Shown here: one piece after another, positions 18,507-28,812 of the stretch | Layout of the letters: each line of letters begins with the position of its first letter | How positions within the stretch are numbered: the stretch's first letter is position 1 | NCBI GenBank assembly: GCA_963742735.1 | Contig: CAVUMN010000004.1 | Coordinates: 1,376,001 to 1,440,000, forward strand | From: an uncultured Actinomycetes bacterium | Lineage (GTDB): Bacteria > Actinomycetota > UBA4738 > JBBDTT01 | Direction of reading: 5' to 3' | DNA: 64,000 nucleotides | Position numbers and translations under genes: made by a program | Notes under the pieces: model-generated | Told to the model about the DNA's origin: nothing | What the model saw: the letters and a program-made list of their open reading frames with translations, nothing else | Databases searched by the model: none

Positions 18507-19609
18507 TTGTCGTACACCTGCAGCGTCAGACGGGCGGTCTCCGCCCACGAGAACCGCTCGGCGCGCTCGAGGCCGGCTCGCCGCAGCGACTCCGCGCGGT
18601 CCGGCTCCAGGACGCCGGCGATCGCCTCGGCGATGTCGGGCACCGAGTTCGGGTCGACGAGCAACGCCGCGTCGCCCGCCACCTCCGGCAGCGAGGACAC
18701 GTTCGAGGTCACGGTGGGGACGCCCCGGCTCATCGCCTCGAGGACCGGCAGCCCGAACCCCTCGTACACCGACGGGTAGACGAACGCCGACGCGCCCCGG
18801 TACAGCGCGTCCAGGTCGCCGTGGCCGGCGCGTCCGGTGAGCACGACGTCGCCGGGCCCGGCCAGGGCCAGCTCGCGGAGGAGGGACTGCCCGCCCCAGC
18901 CCATGGGGCCGGCCAGGACCAGGGAGTGGGGGAGGCCCGTCCCGGCGGCGCGGCGATAGGCGCGCACCAGGCGCACCAGGTTCTTGCGGGGCTCGAGGGT
19001 CCCCACGAACAGCAGGTACGGGCGGGAGACGCGCAGGCGCTCGAGGACCGGCTCGACGGGCTCCTCGGTCGCCGGCAGCCACGCGGCGAGGGGGATGACG
19101 TGGACGCGCGCCGGGTCGACCTTCGTCTCCTGCACGAGGTCCTCCGCCGTGTTTCGCGACACGGTGATGATCGCGTCCGCGCGGCGGACGGCGCGGCGCA
19201 GGCCCAGCCGGTACAGGTTCCGCCACGCCGGCGGGAACAGCCGGGGGAAGAGCCTGAACGCGAGGTCGTGGACGGTGACCACCAGGCGCTGGCGGGACCC
19301 GGCCGGGGGGAGGCCGACGCACGACGGAGCGTGCAGGACGTCGAGACCCGACAGCGACGTGGGCAGGCGGGGCCGCCCGGTGGTGTTCCACGCCGGGTAC
19401 AGCCGGCTGATGGGGTGCGGGAGCGGCTGGACCGGGAACGACCGCATCCACGGTTCGGGGAGCCCTCCGGGGAAGCGCGCGTGGAACAGGGTCAGGTCCA
19501 GCGAGGGGTCGGCGGCGGTCATCGCCGGGACCAGCTCCCGGACGTAGGTGCCGATCCCTCCCGGCGCGGAGAAGAATGGCTGGTCGGCCTGGAACGCGAC
19601 ACTGGTCAC
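18503..19609 (-). CDS. Glycosyltransferase family 4
   Basis: GIGTY, TVHDL, VGTLEPRKN, YEGFGLPVLEAM. Confidence 0.92.
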   Translation of the reverse strand: MTSVAFQADQPFFSAPGGIGTYVRELVPAMTAADPSLDLTLFHARFPGGLPEPWMRSFPVQPLPHPISRLYPAWNTTGRPRLPTSLSGLDVLHAPSCVGLPPAGSRQRLVVTVHDLAFRLFPRLFPPAWRNLYRLGLRRAVRRADAIITVSRNTAEDLVQETKVDPARVHVIPLAAWLPATEEPVEPVLERLRVSRPYLLFVGTLEPRKNLVRLVRAYRRAAGTGLPHSLVLAGPMGWGGQSLLRELALAGPGDVVLTGRAGHGDLDALYRGASAFVYPSVYEGFGLPVLEAMSRGVPTVTSNVSSLPEVAGDAALLVDPNSVPDIAEAIAGVLEPDRAESLRRAGLERAERFSWAETARLTLQVYDK

Positions 19610-19941
19610 GCGAAGGCCTCCACGCACTCGCATCCGTCCGCGCCGACGTCCGCCGCGTGCTCGGTTCCGGGGTCGAGCTCGAGCCGGTCGCCGGGCCCGA
19701 GGAGCAGGTCGCCCTCCCGCGTGTGGAACGCGATCGAGCCGTCGTGGCAGAACAGCACCTTGCGGCGGTCGTGGGTGTGCCAGTCGAAGGTCGCTCCGGG
19801 GCCGGTGGCCCACCACCGCAGGCCGTCGGTGGCGTCCTCGCGCAGACGCGCCTCGAGCGCGTCGCGCAGGGGCGATTCGGATGTCGGGTTCGGGGTGTGG
19901 CGAGCGGCCAAAACGGCTCCTTGGTCGGTCTGCCGATCCAT
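19606..19941 (-). CDS. Small cupin-domain protein
   Basis: WHTH...LFCHDGSI...LGPGD...GTEH cupin motifs; start uncertain. Confidence 0.8.
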   Translation of the reverse strand: MDRQTDQGAVLAARHTPNPTSESPLRDALEARLREDATDGLRWWATGPGATFDWHTHDRRKVLFCHDGSIAFHTREGDLLLGPGDRLELDPGTEHAADVGADGCECVEAFA

Positions 19942-19958
19942 ACCCTACCCTCGCCCGC

Positions 19959-21281
19959 ATGGCCGGTTCGCGAGCTCGAATCCTGGCGCCGCTGCGCCAC
20001 CGCGACTTTCGTCTGTGGACGGCGGGGGCAGGCGTGAGCCTGCTCGGCGACGGGATCTTCCTGGTGGCCCTGGCCTGGCAGGTCTACGACCTGTGGAGCG
20101 CGCCCGCGGCGTTCGCGATCGTGGGCGCCGTCTGGACGCTGCCCAACGTCGCCTTCCTGCTGCTCGGGGGCGTGGTCAGCGACCGCTTCGACCGGCGAAA
20201 GGTGATGGTCGCCGCCGACCTGGTTCGCGGCGTCGCCATCGGCGCGATCGGGTTCCTGTCGGCTACCGGTTCGATCCGCCTGTGGCACGTGTTCGTGGGC
20301 ATCGGGTTCATGGGGGTCGGCGACGCGTTCTTCAACCCCGCCTCGACCGCGATCGTCCCGGACCTGGTCCCGGAGGAGGACCTCACCCAGGCGAATGCGC
20401 TCGCCGGGATGCTCCGGCCGTTCATGCTGCGCTTCGCCGGGCCGGCCCTCGGCGGCGTCCTGGTCGGCACGGTCGGCGCGGGCTGGGCGCTGATAGCCGA
20501 CGCGGCCACCTTCGTGGTCTCGGCGATCGCCGTGAGCCGGATCGTGGCGCGGCCGGTCCACGTCCTCGAAGCCGGCGACCGAGGGACGACGAGGTTCCGC
20601 CGGGAGCTCGGGGAGGGGTGGGCGTTCGTGCGCCGCAGCCCATGGTGCTGGGCGACCCTGCTCGCCGCGCTCCTGAGCCTGCTCGCATTCTTCGGACCGC
20701 TCGAGGTCCTGCTGCCCTTCCTGGTCAAGGAGGTTCACCGGTGGACGCCGGAGACGCTCGGCCTGATCTTCGGGGCGGGCGGGGTGGGGGCGATCCTCGG
20801 GGCGCTGGTCCTCGGCCAGCGAGGACTCCCGAAGCGGATGGTCTCGTTCATGTACTGGTCGTGGGCGATCGGCGTCCTGTTGATCGCGGTGTTCGGGGTG
20901 ATGGCGCACGTCTGGCAGGCGGTCCTGGCCAGCTTCTTCATGCAGCTGCTCTTCCAGCTGGGGACCGTGGTGTGGGTCACCCTGATGCAGCGCCTGGTGC
21001 CCCGGCACCTGCTGGGCCGCGTGGTGAGCCTCGACTGGCTGGTCTCGATCGGCCTGGTCCCGCTGTCGTTCCTGCTGACGGCGCCGGCGGCGCAGCTGTT
21101 CGGTCCGCGCAACACGCTGATCGGCGGCGGGGTGTTCGCCGCGGTGGTGACGGCGTTCCTGCTGTTCGTCCCGGGGGTCCGCGACCCCGAGCGGCCCGAC
21201 ACGCCGCTGGGGGCTCAGATGACGCCGTCGTCCTCGAGCGCGGCGAGATCCTCGGCGGTCAGCCCGAGCTCCTCGCGGTAG
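19959..21281 (+). CDS. MFS transporter (EntS/MFS_3-like)
   Basis: LRHRDFR, GGVVSDRFDRRKVM, about 12 transmembrane segments. Confidence 0.9.
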   Translation: MAGSRARILAPLRHRDFRLWTAGAGVSLLGDGIFLVALAWQVYDLWSAPAAFAIVGAVWTLPNVAFLLLGGVVSDRFDRRKVMVAADLVRGVAIGAIGFLSATGSIRLWHVFVGIGFMGVGDAFFNPASTAIVPDLVPEEDLTQANALAGMLRPFMLRFAGPALGGVLVGTVGAGWALIADAATFVVSAIAVSRIVARPVHVLEAGDRGTTRFRRELGEGWAFVRRSPWCWATLLAALLSLLAFFGPLEVLLPFLVKEVHRWTPETLGLIFGAGGVGAILGALVLGQRGLPKRMVSFMYWSWAIGVLLIAVFGVMAHVWQAVLASFFMQLLFQLGTVVWVTLMQRLVPRHLLGRVVSLDWLVSIGLVPLSFLLTAPAAQLFGPRNTLIGGGVFAAVVTAFLLFVPGVRDPERPDTPLGAQMTPSSSSAARSSAVSPSSSR

Positions 21282-22417
21282 ACGGCGTCGTTGGCCGATC
21301 CCTTCGGCAGGCCGGCGTGGCGGATCCGGCCGGGCGTCTCGGACAGCCGCGGCTGCACGTCGGGGAGCAGGACGTCGCCGAGCTCCTCGTCGGGGACCCG
21401 CACGAGGGTCCCGCGGGCCTGGTACTGGACGTCGGCCACGATCTGGGCGATGTCGTAGATCGGCGCGACGGCCGCCTCGCGCGCCTCGAACGCGGCCATG
21501 ACGTCCTGCAGGCTGTGGGCCGCCATCCACTCGCCGATGACGGCGTCGAGCTCCTCGACGTTCGCCACGCGGGCCTCGTTGGTGGCGAACCGCGGGTCGC
21601 GGGCGAGCTCGGGGCGCCCGATCGCCGCCAGGATCCGCTCGGCCACCGACGGGGACGTGCCCGAGAGCGCCACCCACCGCCCGTCGGCGGTCTCGTAGGC
21701 GCCGCGGGGGGCGGCGTAGGGCATCCGGTTGCCGTGCCGCCCCTGGACCAGGCCGAGCTTGTCGTGGACGGTGGCCACCGGGCCGGTGGCCCGGAACAGG
21801 GACTCGAACAGGGACAGGTCGATGACCTGGCCGGGTCCACCGCCGGCGTCGCGGTGATACAGGGCGACCATGACGGCGAACGCGCCGAGGAGCGCGCTCG
21901 TCTCGTCGGCCAGCGCGACCGGCGGCAGGACCGGGGGCTGGTCGGGGAACCCGGTGAGGTGGACGTAGCCGGACAGGGCCTCGGCGAGGGTCCCGAACCC
22001 GGGCCGGCGGCGGTACGGGCCGGTCTGGCCGAAGCCGGACGTGCGCATGACGATCAGGCGCGGGTTGCACTCGAGCAGCCGGTCCGGTCCCAGGTTCCAG
22101 TCCTCGAGCGTGCCCGGCCGGAACGACTCGACCAGCACGTCCGCCGTCTCGACCAGCCGGAGCAGGAGCTCCTGGCCGCGCGGGTCGGACAGGTTCAGCG
22201 TCACCGGGCGCTTGTTGCGTCCGAGGAGCTTCCACCACAGCCCGACGCCGGCGACCTTCCAGCCGAGGTTGCGCGCGGTGTCCCCGGTCCGCGGGTGCTC
22301 GACCTTGATCACGTCGGCCCCGAAGTCGCCGAGGTGCGAGGCGATCCCCGGCCCGGCGATGATCGTCGCCACGTCGATGACCCGAACGCCCTCGAGGGGC
22401 AGCTTGGCCTCGGTCAC
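21215..22417 (-). CDS. Family III CoA-transferase (CaiB/BaiF)
   Basis: PLEGVRVID, GADVIKVEHP..GD, RNK, SGFGQTGPY. Confidence 0.93.
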   Translation of the reverse strand: MTEAKLPLEGVRVIDVATIIAGPGIASHLGDFGADVIKVEHPRTGDTARNLGWKVAGVGLWWKLLGRNKRPVTLNLSDPRGQELLLRLVETADVLVESFRPGTLEDWNLGPDRLLECNPRLIVMRTSGFGQTGPYRRRPGFGTLAEALSGYVHLTGFPDQPPVLPPVALADETSALLGAFAVMVALYHRDAGGGPGQVIDLSLFESLFRATGPVATVHDKLGLVQGRHGNRMPYAAPRGAYETADGRWVALSGTSPSVAERILAAIGRPELARDPRFATNEARVANVEELDAVIGEWMAAHSLQDVMAAFEAREAAVAPIYDIAQIVADVQYQARGTLVRVPDEELGDVLLPDVQPRLSETPGRIRHAGLPKGSANDAVYREELGLTAEDLAALEDDGVI

Positions 22418-22665
22418 GCGGAGGAGATCGAATCGACGACCGCTCGCGCCTCGTCGTAGCGGTCACGCTCGACCAGCACGTCGAAGGTCGGGTGCAGCAT
22501 CTTCCCGTAGTACGACGCGTAGTCCGGCGGGTCGACCCGGGCGGGGATGCCCTCGGACACGAGGCGGCCCGCCATGAGGTAGGCCTCCTCGTACGGGAGC
22601 TTGCACACGACCGCGCTCTCGACCCGGAACGGTTTGGCCGCTTCCGGTTCGACGGGTGGGTTCAC
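22414..22665 (-). CDS. Small protein, DUF2007-like
   Basis: EAYLMAGRLVSEGIPA...VLVERDRYDEARAVV pattern; 4-nt overlaps at both ends. Confidence 0.6.
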   Translation of the reverse strand: MNPPVEPEAAKPFRVESAVVCKLPYEEAYLMAGRLVSEGIPARVDPPDYASYYGKMLHPTFDVLVERDRYDEARAVVDSISSA

Positions 22666-22919
22666 TTTGCGTCGCCGCGGCCCATCCGGGGGTCCGAGGT
22701 GCCTCGGTTCGCGTACGGACCGCGGGTCGTCTCGCGCCACGCGGTCCCCGCGATCTGATGGCGGATCTGCAGCGCTCCCTGCCGAAGGTTCATGGCCCGC
22801 CCCGCCAGTGCCCAGGCCGACGGCCGCGCCCGCCCCGTCTCGAGGTAGCGCTCGAGGGCGTCGAGGATCGCCCGCTCCTGCTCGGGGGTCACGCCCTCGG
22901 GAACCTGGAACGAGCTCAC
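22662..22919 (-). CDS. Probable acyl-CoA carboxylase epsilon-subunit-like protein
   Basis: 85 aa, [13 protein letters not shown]...SAWALAGR; overlaps the pccB stop. Confidence 0.6.
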   Translation of the reverse strand: MSSFQVPEGVTPEQERAILDALERYLETGRARPSAWALAGRAMNLRQGALQIRHQIAGTAWRETTRGPYANRGTSDPRMGRGDAK

Positions 22920-24511
22920 AGCGGGATGTTGCCATGCTTGCGCGAGGGGACCGCCTCGCGCTTGGTGGCGAGCATCCGCAGGGCCTGGATGAGCCGGGGG
23001 CGGGTCTCGGCCGGGTCGATCACGTCGTCGACGTAGCCGCGCTCGGCGGCGATGAACGGGTTCGCGAAGCGCTCCTGGTACTCCTGGATGAGCTCGGCGC
23101 GCCGGGCGGGCTGGTCCTCGGCCTGCTGGATCTCCTTGCGGTGGATGATGCTGACCGCACCCTCCGGGCCCATCACCGCGATCTCGGACATCGGCCAGGC
23201 GTACTCGATGTCCGCGCGGATGTGCTTCGAGTTCATGACGACGTACGCGCCGCCGTAGGCCTTGCGGGTGATGACGGTGACCCGGGGGACGGTGGCCTCG
23301 GTGAAGGCGTAGAGGAGCTTCGCGCCACGCCGGATGATCCCGCCGTACTCCTGCGCCGTCCCCGGGAGGAACCCCGGCACGTCGACGAACGTGACGAGGG
23401 GGATGTTGAACGCGTCGCAGAACCGCACGAACCGGGCCGCCTTCTCGCTCGACTCCATGTCCAGCGTGCCGGCGAGGACCTTCGGCTGGTTGGCCACGAT
23501 GCCGATGCTGCGGCCGTCCAGGCGCGCGAACCCGGTGAGGATGTTCATGGCCCACAACGCGGACACCTCGTAGAAGTCGCCGTCGTCGACCACCCGGCGG
23601 ATGACGTCCTTCATGTCGTAGGGCTCGCGCGGGTTCGGCGGGACCAGCTTGGCGAGCTCCTCGTCGCGGCGTTCCGGGTCGTCGCTGGGGGCGTAGGCCG
23701 GCGGGTCCTCCAGGTTGTTCGACGGCAGGAACGAGAGCAGGTAGCGGACCTGAGCCAGGCAGTCCTCCTCGTCCTCGGCCACGAAGTTGGCGACGCCCGA
23801 GCGGCTGGCGTGGGTCAGCGCGCCCCCGAGCTCCTCCTGCGTGACGTCCTCGCCGGTGACCGTCTTGATCACGTCCGGGCCGGTGATGAACATGTGCGAG
23901 GTGTCCTTGACCATGTAGATGAAGTCCGTCATGGCCGGGGAGTACACGGCGCCGCCCGCGCACGGACCCATGATCAGGCTGATCTGCGGGATCACGCCGC
24001 TCGAACGAACGTTGCGGTCGAAGATGTAGCCGTAGCCGGCGAGGGACGCGGCGCCCTCCTGGATCCGAGCTCCGCCCGAGTCGTTGATCCCGATCACCGG
24101 CGCCCCGGTGGCCGCCGCCAGGTCCATGATCTTGCAGACCTTCTCGGCGAACGTCTCGCCCAGCGACCCCCCGAAGATCGTGAAGTCCTGCGAGAAGACG
24201 AACACCTTGCGCCCGTCCACCGTTCCCCATCCGGTGACGACGCCGTCGCCGTACGGCCGCTTCTTCTCGATGCCGAACGCGTGGACCCGGTGGCGGGCGA
24301 GCATGTCGGTCTCCACGAACGAGCCCGGATCGAGGAGCTTCTCGACCCGCTCGCGGGCCGTCAGCTTGCCCCGAGAGTGCTGCTTCTCGATGGCCTCGGC
24401 GCCGCCGGCCTGCAGCGCCTCCGCCCGGATGTTCCGCAGCTGCTCGAGCCGCTCCTCGGCGGAATGCGCCGGCAGCTCCTCCTCGCCCTTCGACGTCTTG
24501 CGGATGGCCAT
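22916..24511 (-). CDS. pccB: Acyl-CoA (propionyl-CoA) carboxylase beta subunit
   Basis: [43 protein letters not shown]. Confidence 0.95.
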   Translation of the reverse strand: MAIRKTSKGEEELPAHSAEERLEQLRNIRAEALQAGGAEAIEKQHSRGKLTARERVEKLLDPGSFVETDMLARHRVHAFGIEKKRPYGDGVVTGWGTVDGRKVFVFSQDFTIFGGSLGETFAEKVCKIMDLAAATGAPVIGINDSGGARIQEGAASLAGYGYIFDRNVRSSGVIPQISLIMGPCAGGAVYSPAMTDFIYMVKDTSHMFITGPDVIKTVTGEDVTQEELGGALTHASRSGVANFVAEDEEDCLAQVRYLLSFLPSNNLEDPPAYAPSDDPERRDEELAKLVPPNPREPYDMKDVIRRVVDDGDFYEVSALWAMNILTGFARLDGRSIGIVANQPKVLAGTLDMESSEKAARFVRFCDAFNIPLVTFVDVPGFLPGTAQEYGGIIRRGAKLLYAFTEATVPRVTVITRKAYGGAYVVMNSKHIRADIEYAWPMSEIAVMGPEGAVSIIHRKEIQQAEDQPARRAELIQEYQERFANPFIAAERGYVDDVIDPAETRPRLIQALRMLATKREAVPSRKHGNIPL

Positions 24512-24522
24512 CGCGGGCGAGT

Positions 24523-24951
24523 TTATCCGCCCCAGGCGAACAGCCCGGTCTCCTCGTCGAAGTTGCGGACCGGCGGCTCGCCGTTCAGGGCGCGGACGTA
24601 GCCCTCGGCGAGGAACACGATCGAGCCCGGCATGACGTGGCCACCGTTGGCGTCGCCGTTCGCTCCGCTCGCCACGACGTGCAGATGCACGAACGGCTCC
24701 CCGTCCTTGATCGAGACGTTGCCGATCCCGCTGGCGATCTCGAATCCGCTGGCGTACTCGTGCGTCCGGTACTCGCGGGCGTCCTGGTCGTAGTAGCCGA
24801 GCACCAGATTCGAGGTCGCCCCGATCACCTGGAGCGTTCCCGCCCGCAGCCCCAGCTCGTTGACGCCGGCCGTGAGCCCCTCCAAGAGGTCGTCACCCTT
24901 GCCCAGGCGGATGAACGCCGCCTGCCCGTCGTTCGATGGATAGGTCCTCAC
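24523..24951 (-). CDS. PPC/DUF296 domain protein
   Basis: [21 protein letters not shown]. Confidence 0.85.
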   Translation of the reverse strand: MRTYPSNDGQAAFIRLGKGDDLLEGLTAGVNELGLRAGTLQVIGATSNLVLGYYDQDAREYRTHEYASGFEIASGIGNVSIKDGEPFVHLHVVASGANGDANGGHVMPGSIVFLAEGYVRALNGEPPVRNFDEETGLFAWGG

Positions 24952-25544
24952 GTGCGTCTGCCTCCGATCGTCAGGGCGCGCCGCATGACCACGGCGTCCT
25001 CGGACTCTCCGGCCGCCGAGAAGCCGTGGAGCTCGAACAGGTGGGTCGTGCCCAGGTAGTTGCGTCCGGGCCGGGGCGAGGGCTCCTTCCACGGGTAGGC
25101 CTCGGCCGCCGTCAGCCCGAGCTCGCGGAACCGCTCCACCGCCGCGCGGAGCAGCACCCCGGGGAGGCCCTGGCGCCGGTGGCTCGCCGCCAGGTTGAAG
25201 CACACGATCCCGCCGATGCCGGCCAGCTCCTCGTCGGTGCGGTTCAGCCGGTACTCGGGGTTCTGCATCTGTGCGAGGGGTTCGGCGTGGCACCACCCCA
25301 CGACCTTGCCGCCCTCGTAGGCGAGGAGCCCGGTGTGGGTCCCCTCGGCGATCAGTTCGGTCATCGCCGTCTTGTTGTGGTCGCGGGTCTCGGTGTCCGC
25401 GGCCGAGGAGCTCCCGGCCCAGTGGCCCTCCCGGCAGTAGCAGCCCTCCCAGTCCGGGTTGCCGCCGAAGGCGTCGTGCTCCATGAAGTAGACGTAGTCC
25501 TCCAGGAGCTCGGGGCCGAGCACGCGGATCTCGATGTTGCGCAT
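24948..25544 (-). CDS. GNAT N-acetyltransferase
   Basis: CYC, GLLAY..VVGWC, CF..RRQG, EAYP, G..LF..GF. Confidence 0.82.
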   Translation of the reverse strand: MRNIEIRVLGPELLEDYVYFMEHDAFGGNPDWEGCYCREGHWAGSSSAADTETRDHNKTAMTELIAEGTHTGLLAYEGGKVVGWCHAEPLAQMQNPEYRLNRTDEELAGIGGIVCFNLAASHRRQGLPGVLLRAAVERFRELGLTAAEAYPWKEPSPRPGRNYLGTTHLFELHGFSAAGESEDAVVMRRALTIGGRRT

Positions 25545-25597
25545 CCGAGGGTTCTAGCACCGAAGCGCTGTCACTGCCTGCCCGTACGATGCGGGCT

Positions 25598-26536
25598 GTG
25601 GATGGCGTCACCCCGGTCCAGCAGCGGACCCTCGACCAGCTCATGGGCCGCGCCCACGCGCGTCCCGAGTTCCCGGCCGACCTCTCCGAGCGGCTGCGTG
25701 ACCGGATACAGAAGGGCCTCGAGGGCCTGGCCTTCGATCCGCCGCTGTGGGTTTCCAAGTCACGTCTGAACGATCACGGCCGGTGCGAGGGACTGTTCCT
25801 GTCCGGCCTGCAGGGCGACGGCCCGCCCTTCGAGCACCGCTTGAAGTCCGCGGCCGGCGCCCTTGCCCACAAGGCCATCGAGATCGACGTCGGACGGGAG
25901 CGCGAGGACGCCAGCCCCGAGCTGGTGGCGGACTCGGCGGAGCGTCTCGCCGAGAAGGACGGCTCGTTCGCCTCCTACTGGGAGCGCATCGATCCCATAG
26001 AACGCTCCGAGGTGTGCGCCGAGGCCGTGCGACTCGTCGAGCAGTTCCGGGCGTCCTTCCCGCCGCTGCAGCGGGCGTGGACGCCGGTGACCGAATGGTC
26101 GATCAAGGCCGAGTTCGGCGACGTCACCGTCTCGGGACGCGTCGATCTGGTGATGGGACGCGAGGACCCGCAGGACCCGATGCGGGCCCGGCGGCTCGCA
26201 CTGGATCTGAAGTCAGGGAGCGCCTGGCCGGAGTTCCCGGAGGACATGCGCCTGTACGCGCTCCTGCTCACCCTTCGGCACGGGGTGCCGCCCTTCCGGG
26301 TGGCAAGCATCTTTCTCGACTCCGGCGAGTGGCAGGCCGAGGATGTCGAGGAGCACATCCTGTTCCACGCGGCCGACCGGCTGATCGCGGCGGTCCGCTC
26401 GGCGGCCGAGCTCCTGGCGGGGACCGAGCCGCGGCTCACGCCGGGGAGCTACTGCTCGTGGTGCCCGCGCCGCGACACGTGCCCGGCCTACGCGGAGTAC
26501 GTGGCTGGTTCGGTCGATTCGACCGGCCCCGAGTAG
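25598..26536 (+). CDS. PD-(D/E)XK nuclease, Cas4/AddB-like with four Cys
   Basis: SGRVDL, LDLKSG, MRLYAL, N-terminal C plus CSWCPRRDTC. Confidence 0.85.
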   Translation: MDGVTPVQQRTLDQLMGRAHARPEFPADLSERLRDRIQKGLEGLAFDPPLWVSKSRLNDHGRCEGLFLSGLQGDGPPFEHRLKSAAGALAHKAIEIDVGREREDASPELVADSAERLAEKDGSFASYWERIDPIERSEVCAEAVRLVEQFRASFPPLQRAWTPVTEWSIKAEFGDVTVSGRVDLVMGREDPQDPMRARRLALDLKSGSAWPEFPEDMRLYALLLTLRHGVPPFRVASIFLDSGEWQAEDVEEHILFHAADRLIAAVRSAAELLAGTEPRLTPGSYCSWCPRRDTCPAYAEYVAGSVDSTGPE

Positions 26537-26580
26537 AGTCGGGCCCGAACCATCGCCGACCCCCGAAAGGACCCGCTCCC

Positions 26581-27525
26581 ATGTCTCGACGTCTCCTCGC
26601 GTTCGGCGCCGCCCTGACCGTGGCCCTCGCCGGCTGCAGCGACGACCCACCCGACAGCTCGGATCAGGGCGTTCCGGGTCGGGGACCGGCGGCCCCGGCG
26701 ACCAGCAGCCCGGCCGCCGGCCCGAACCTGATCGCGTTCACCAACCTGGCGGAGGGCGACCCGGAGATCTTCGTCATCGCGCCCGACGGCAGCGGCCAGA
26801 CGCGCCTCACCGAGGACCCGGCGGGGGACGTTCACCCCGCGTGGTCGCCCGACGGCACCCGCATCGCGTTCACCAGCGACCGGGGCGGGGCCGAGGCCAT
26901 CCACGTGATGAACGCCGACGGGTCCGACCCGCGGCCGCTGGTCGACGTCGCCGACCCCGACAGCGGCGACACCCAGGACTGGGCCGCGTGGAGCCCCGAC
27001 GGCGAGCGGATCGCCTTCGTCGAGGGCGGCGGCATCTTCACGGTGGCCGCCGACGGCTCGGACCGGCAGACCGTCCTGGAGGACGACGCCTTCTACCGGG
27101 AGCTCGACTGGTCGCCCGACGGTGACACGCTGGCCTACGCCTCGAACAAGATCGACGGCGACTACGAGGTGTTCGCCGTGGACGTGGCGAGCGGCGAGGA
27201 GACCCGCCTGACCACCCTCGAGGGGTTCGACGGCAACGTCGCCTGGTCGCCGGACGGCGAGACCATCGGTTTCAGCACCAACGACGACGAGCTGCAGCCG
27301 ATCGCCCTCATGAACGCGGACGGATCGAACCAGCGAGCCCTGATCTCGGGGAGCATCGCGATCGTCGGCGGGTGCACGTTCTCGCCCGACGGCTCGCGCG
27401 TCGCCTTCGTGAGCAGCGAGACGGGCGACTCGCAGCTCTGGACGATCGCCGTCGACGGGTCCGGCAAGGAGCAGGTGACCGAGGACGCGGACCTCGCCGA
27501 GTTCGACCCGCAGTGGTCGGCGTAG
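26581..27525 (+). CDS. TolB-like beta-propeller lipoprotein (PD40 repeats)
   Basis: Lipobox LAGC; repeated PAWSPDG..IAF. Confidence 0.88.
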   Translation: MSRRLLAFGAALTVALAGCSDDPPDSSDQGVPGRGPAAPATSSPAAGPNLIAFTNLAEGDPEIFVIAPDGSGQTRLTEDPAGDVHPAWSPDGTRIAFTSDRGGAEAIHVMNADGSDPRPLVDVADPDSGDTQDWAAWSPDGERIAFVEGGGIFTVAADGSDRQTVLEDDAFYRELDWSPDGDTLAYASNKIDGDYEVFAVDVASGEETRLTTLEGFDGNVAWSPDGETIGFSTNDDELQPIALMNADGSNQRALISGSIAIVGGCTFSPDGSRVAFVSSETGDSQLWTIAVDGSGKEQVTEDADLAEFDPQWSA

Positions 27526-27564
27526 GTACCCTTCGGGGAAACCCGAGCGAGGAGACCTTCACGC

Positions 27565-28812
27565 ATGCCCAAGGACCTCTACGAGATCGGTGAGATCCCC
27601 CCCGTCGGCGAGGTGCCGGCGCGGATGTACGCCCAGGTAATCCGCCCTGAGCGCTTCGGCGAGCCCGAGAAGGCGTTCCAGGTCGAGGAGATCGAGATCC
27701 CCGAGGTCGGCCCGCACGACGCGCTCGTGCTGGTGATGGCCGCGGGCATCAACTACAACAACGTGTGGGCCGCGCTGGGAATCCCCGTGGACGTGACGAA
27801 GGTCCACGGACGCTTCGGCGAGCCCGACGACTTCCACATCGGCGGCTCCGACGCCAGCGGCGTCGTCTACGCGGTGGGCGACCAGGTCACGAACGTCAAG
27901 GTCGGCGACCACGTGGTCGTCCACTGCGGACAGTGGGATCCGGACGATCCGGTGGCCGCGGCGGGTGGGGACCCCATGTTCGGCCCGTCGTTCCGCATCT
28001 GGGGCTACGAGTCGAACTGGGGCTCGTTCGCCCAGTTCACGAAGGTCCAGGCTCACCAGTGCATGCCCAAAGCCCCGCACCTCACGTGGGAGGCAGCCGC
28101 CGCGCCGACGCTCGTCGGCGCCACCGCGTACCGGATGCTCCACGGCTGGCCGCCGAACGAGGTGAAGGAGGGGGACGCCGTCCTGGTGTGGGGCGGCGCC
28201 GGCGGCCTCGGAACCATGGCCATCCAGCTCGTGCGTGAGGCCGGCGGCAAGGCGGTCGCCGTCGTGTCCAGCGAGGAGAAGATCGAGTACTGCAAGCGCC
28301 TCGGCGCGGTCGGCGCGATCAACCGCAAGGAGTTCGACCACTGGGGGATGCTGCCCCACTGGAAGGACGACGAGGGCTTCAAGGCGTGGATGGGCGGCGC
28401 CAAGGCGTTCGGCAAGGCCTTCTGGGACGCCCTCGGGGAGAAGCGCGGCCCGAACATCGTCTTCGAGCACCCCGGCGAGGACACCGTCCCGACGTCGATC
28501 TTCATGTGCGACACCGGCGGCATGGTCGTGATCTGCGCCGGGACCACGGGCTACAACGCGGTCGTGGACCTCCGGTACCTGTGGATGCGCCAGAAGCGGT
28601 TCCAGGGCTCGCACTTCGCCAACGACGAGCAGTCGAACGCGTTCAACGACCTGGTGGTGGCCGGGAAGATCGATCCCTGCATGGCCGAGCCGGTGTTCGG
28701 CTTCGAGGAGATCGGCAACGCCCACCAGCTGATGTCCGAGAACCGCCATCCCGAGGGGAACATGGCCGCCCTCGTGTCGGCGCCCACGACCGGGCTGACC
28801 GACCTGCCCTGA
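27565..28812 (+). CDS. ccr: Crotonyl-CoA carboxylase/reductase
   Basis: [57 protein letters not shown]. Confidence 0.95.
   Translation: MPKDLYEIGEIPPVGEVPARMYAQVIRPERFGEPEKAFQVEEIEIPEVGPHDALVLVMAAGINYNNVWAALGIPVDVTKVHGRFGEPDDFHIGGSDASGVVYAVGDQVTNVKVGDHVVVHCGQWDPDDPVAAAGGDPMFGPSFRIWGYESNWGSFAQFTKVQAHQCMPKAPHLTWEAAAAPTLVGATAYRMLHGWPPNEVKEGDAVLVWGGAGGLGTMAIQLVREAGGKAVAVVSSEEKIEYCKRLGAVGAINRKEFDHWGMLPHWKDDEGFKAWMGGAKAFGKAFWDALGEKRGPNIVFEHPGEDTVPTSIFMCDTGGMVVICAGTTGYNAVVDLRYLWMRQKRFQGSHFANDEQSNAFNDLVVAGKIDPCMAEPVFGFEEIGNAHQLMSENRHPEGNMAALVSAPTTGLTDLP

Noticed and set aside
21215-21281. 67-nt convergent overlap of MFS and CoA-transferase 3' ends
   Set aside because: Common in high-GC genomes with sparse stop codons
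17595-22466. 1623-aa ORF suggesting a giant glycosyltransferase fusion
   Set aside because: Only the last 303 aa (from GTG 18506) are real; the rest is off-frame sequence of neighbouring genes
25598-27525. CRISPR locus around the Cas4-like gene
   Set aside because: No repeat-spacer array or other cas genes; nearby repeats are coding PD40 units
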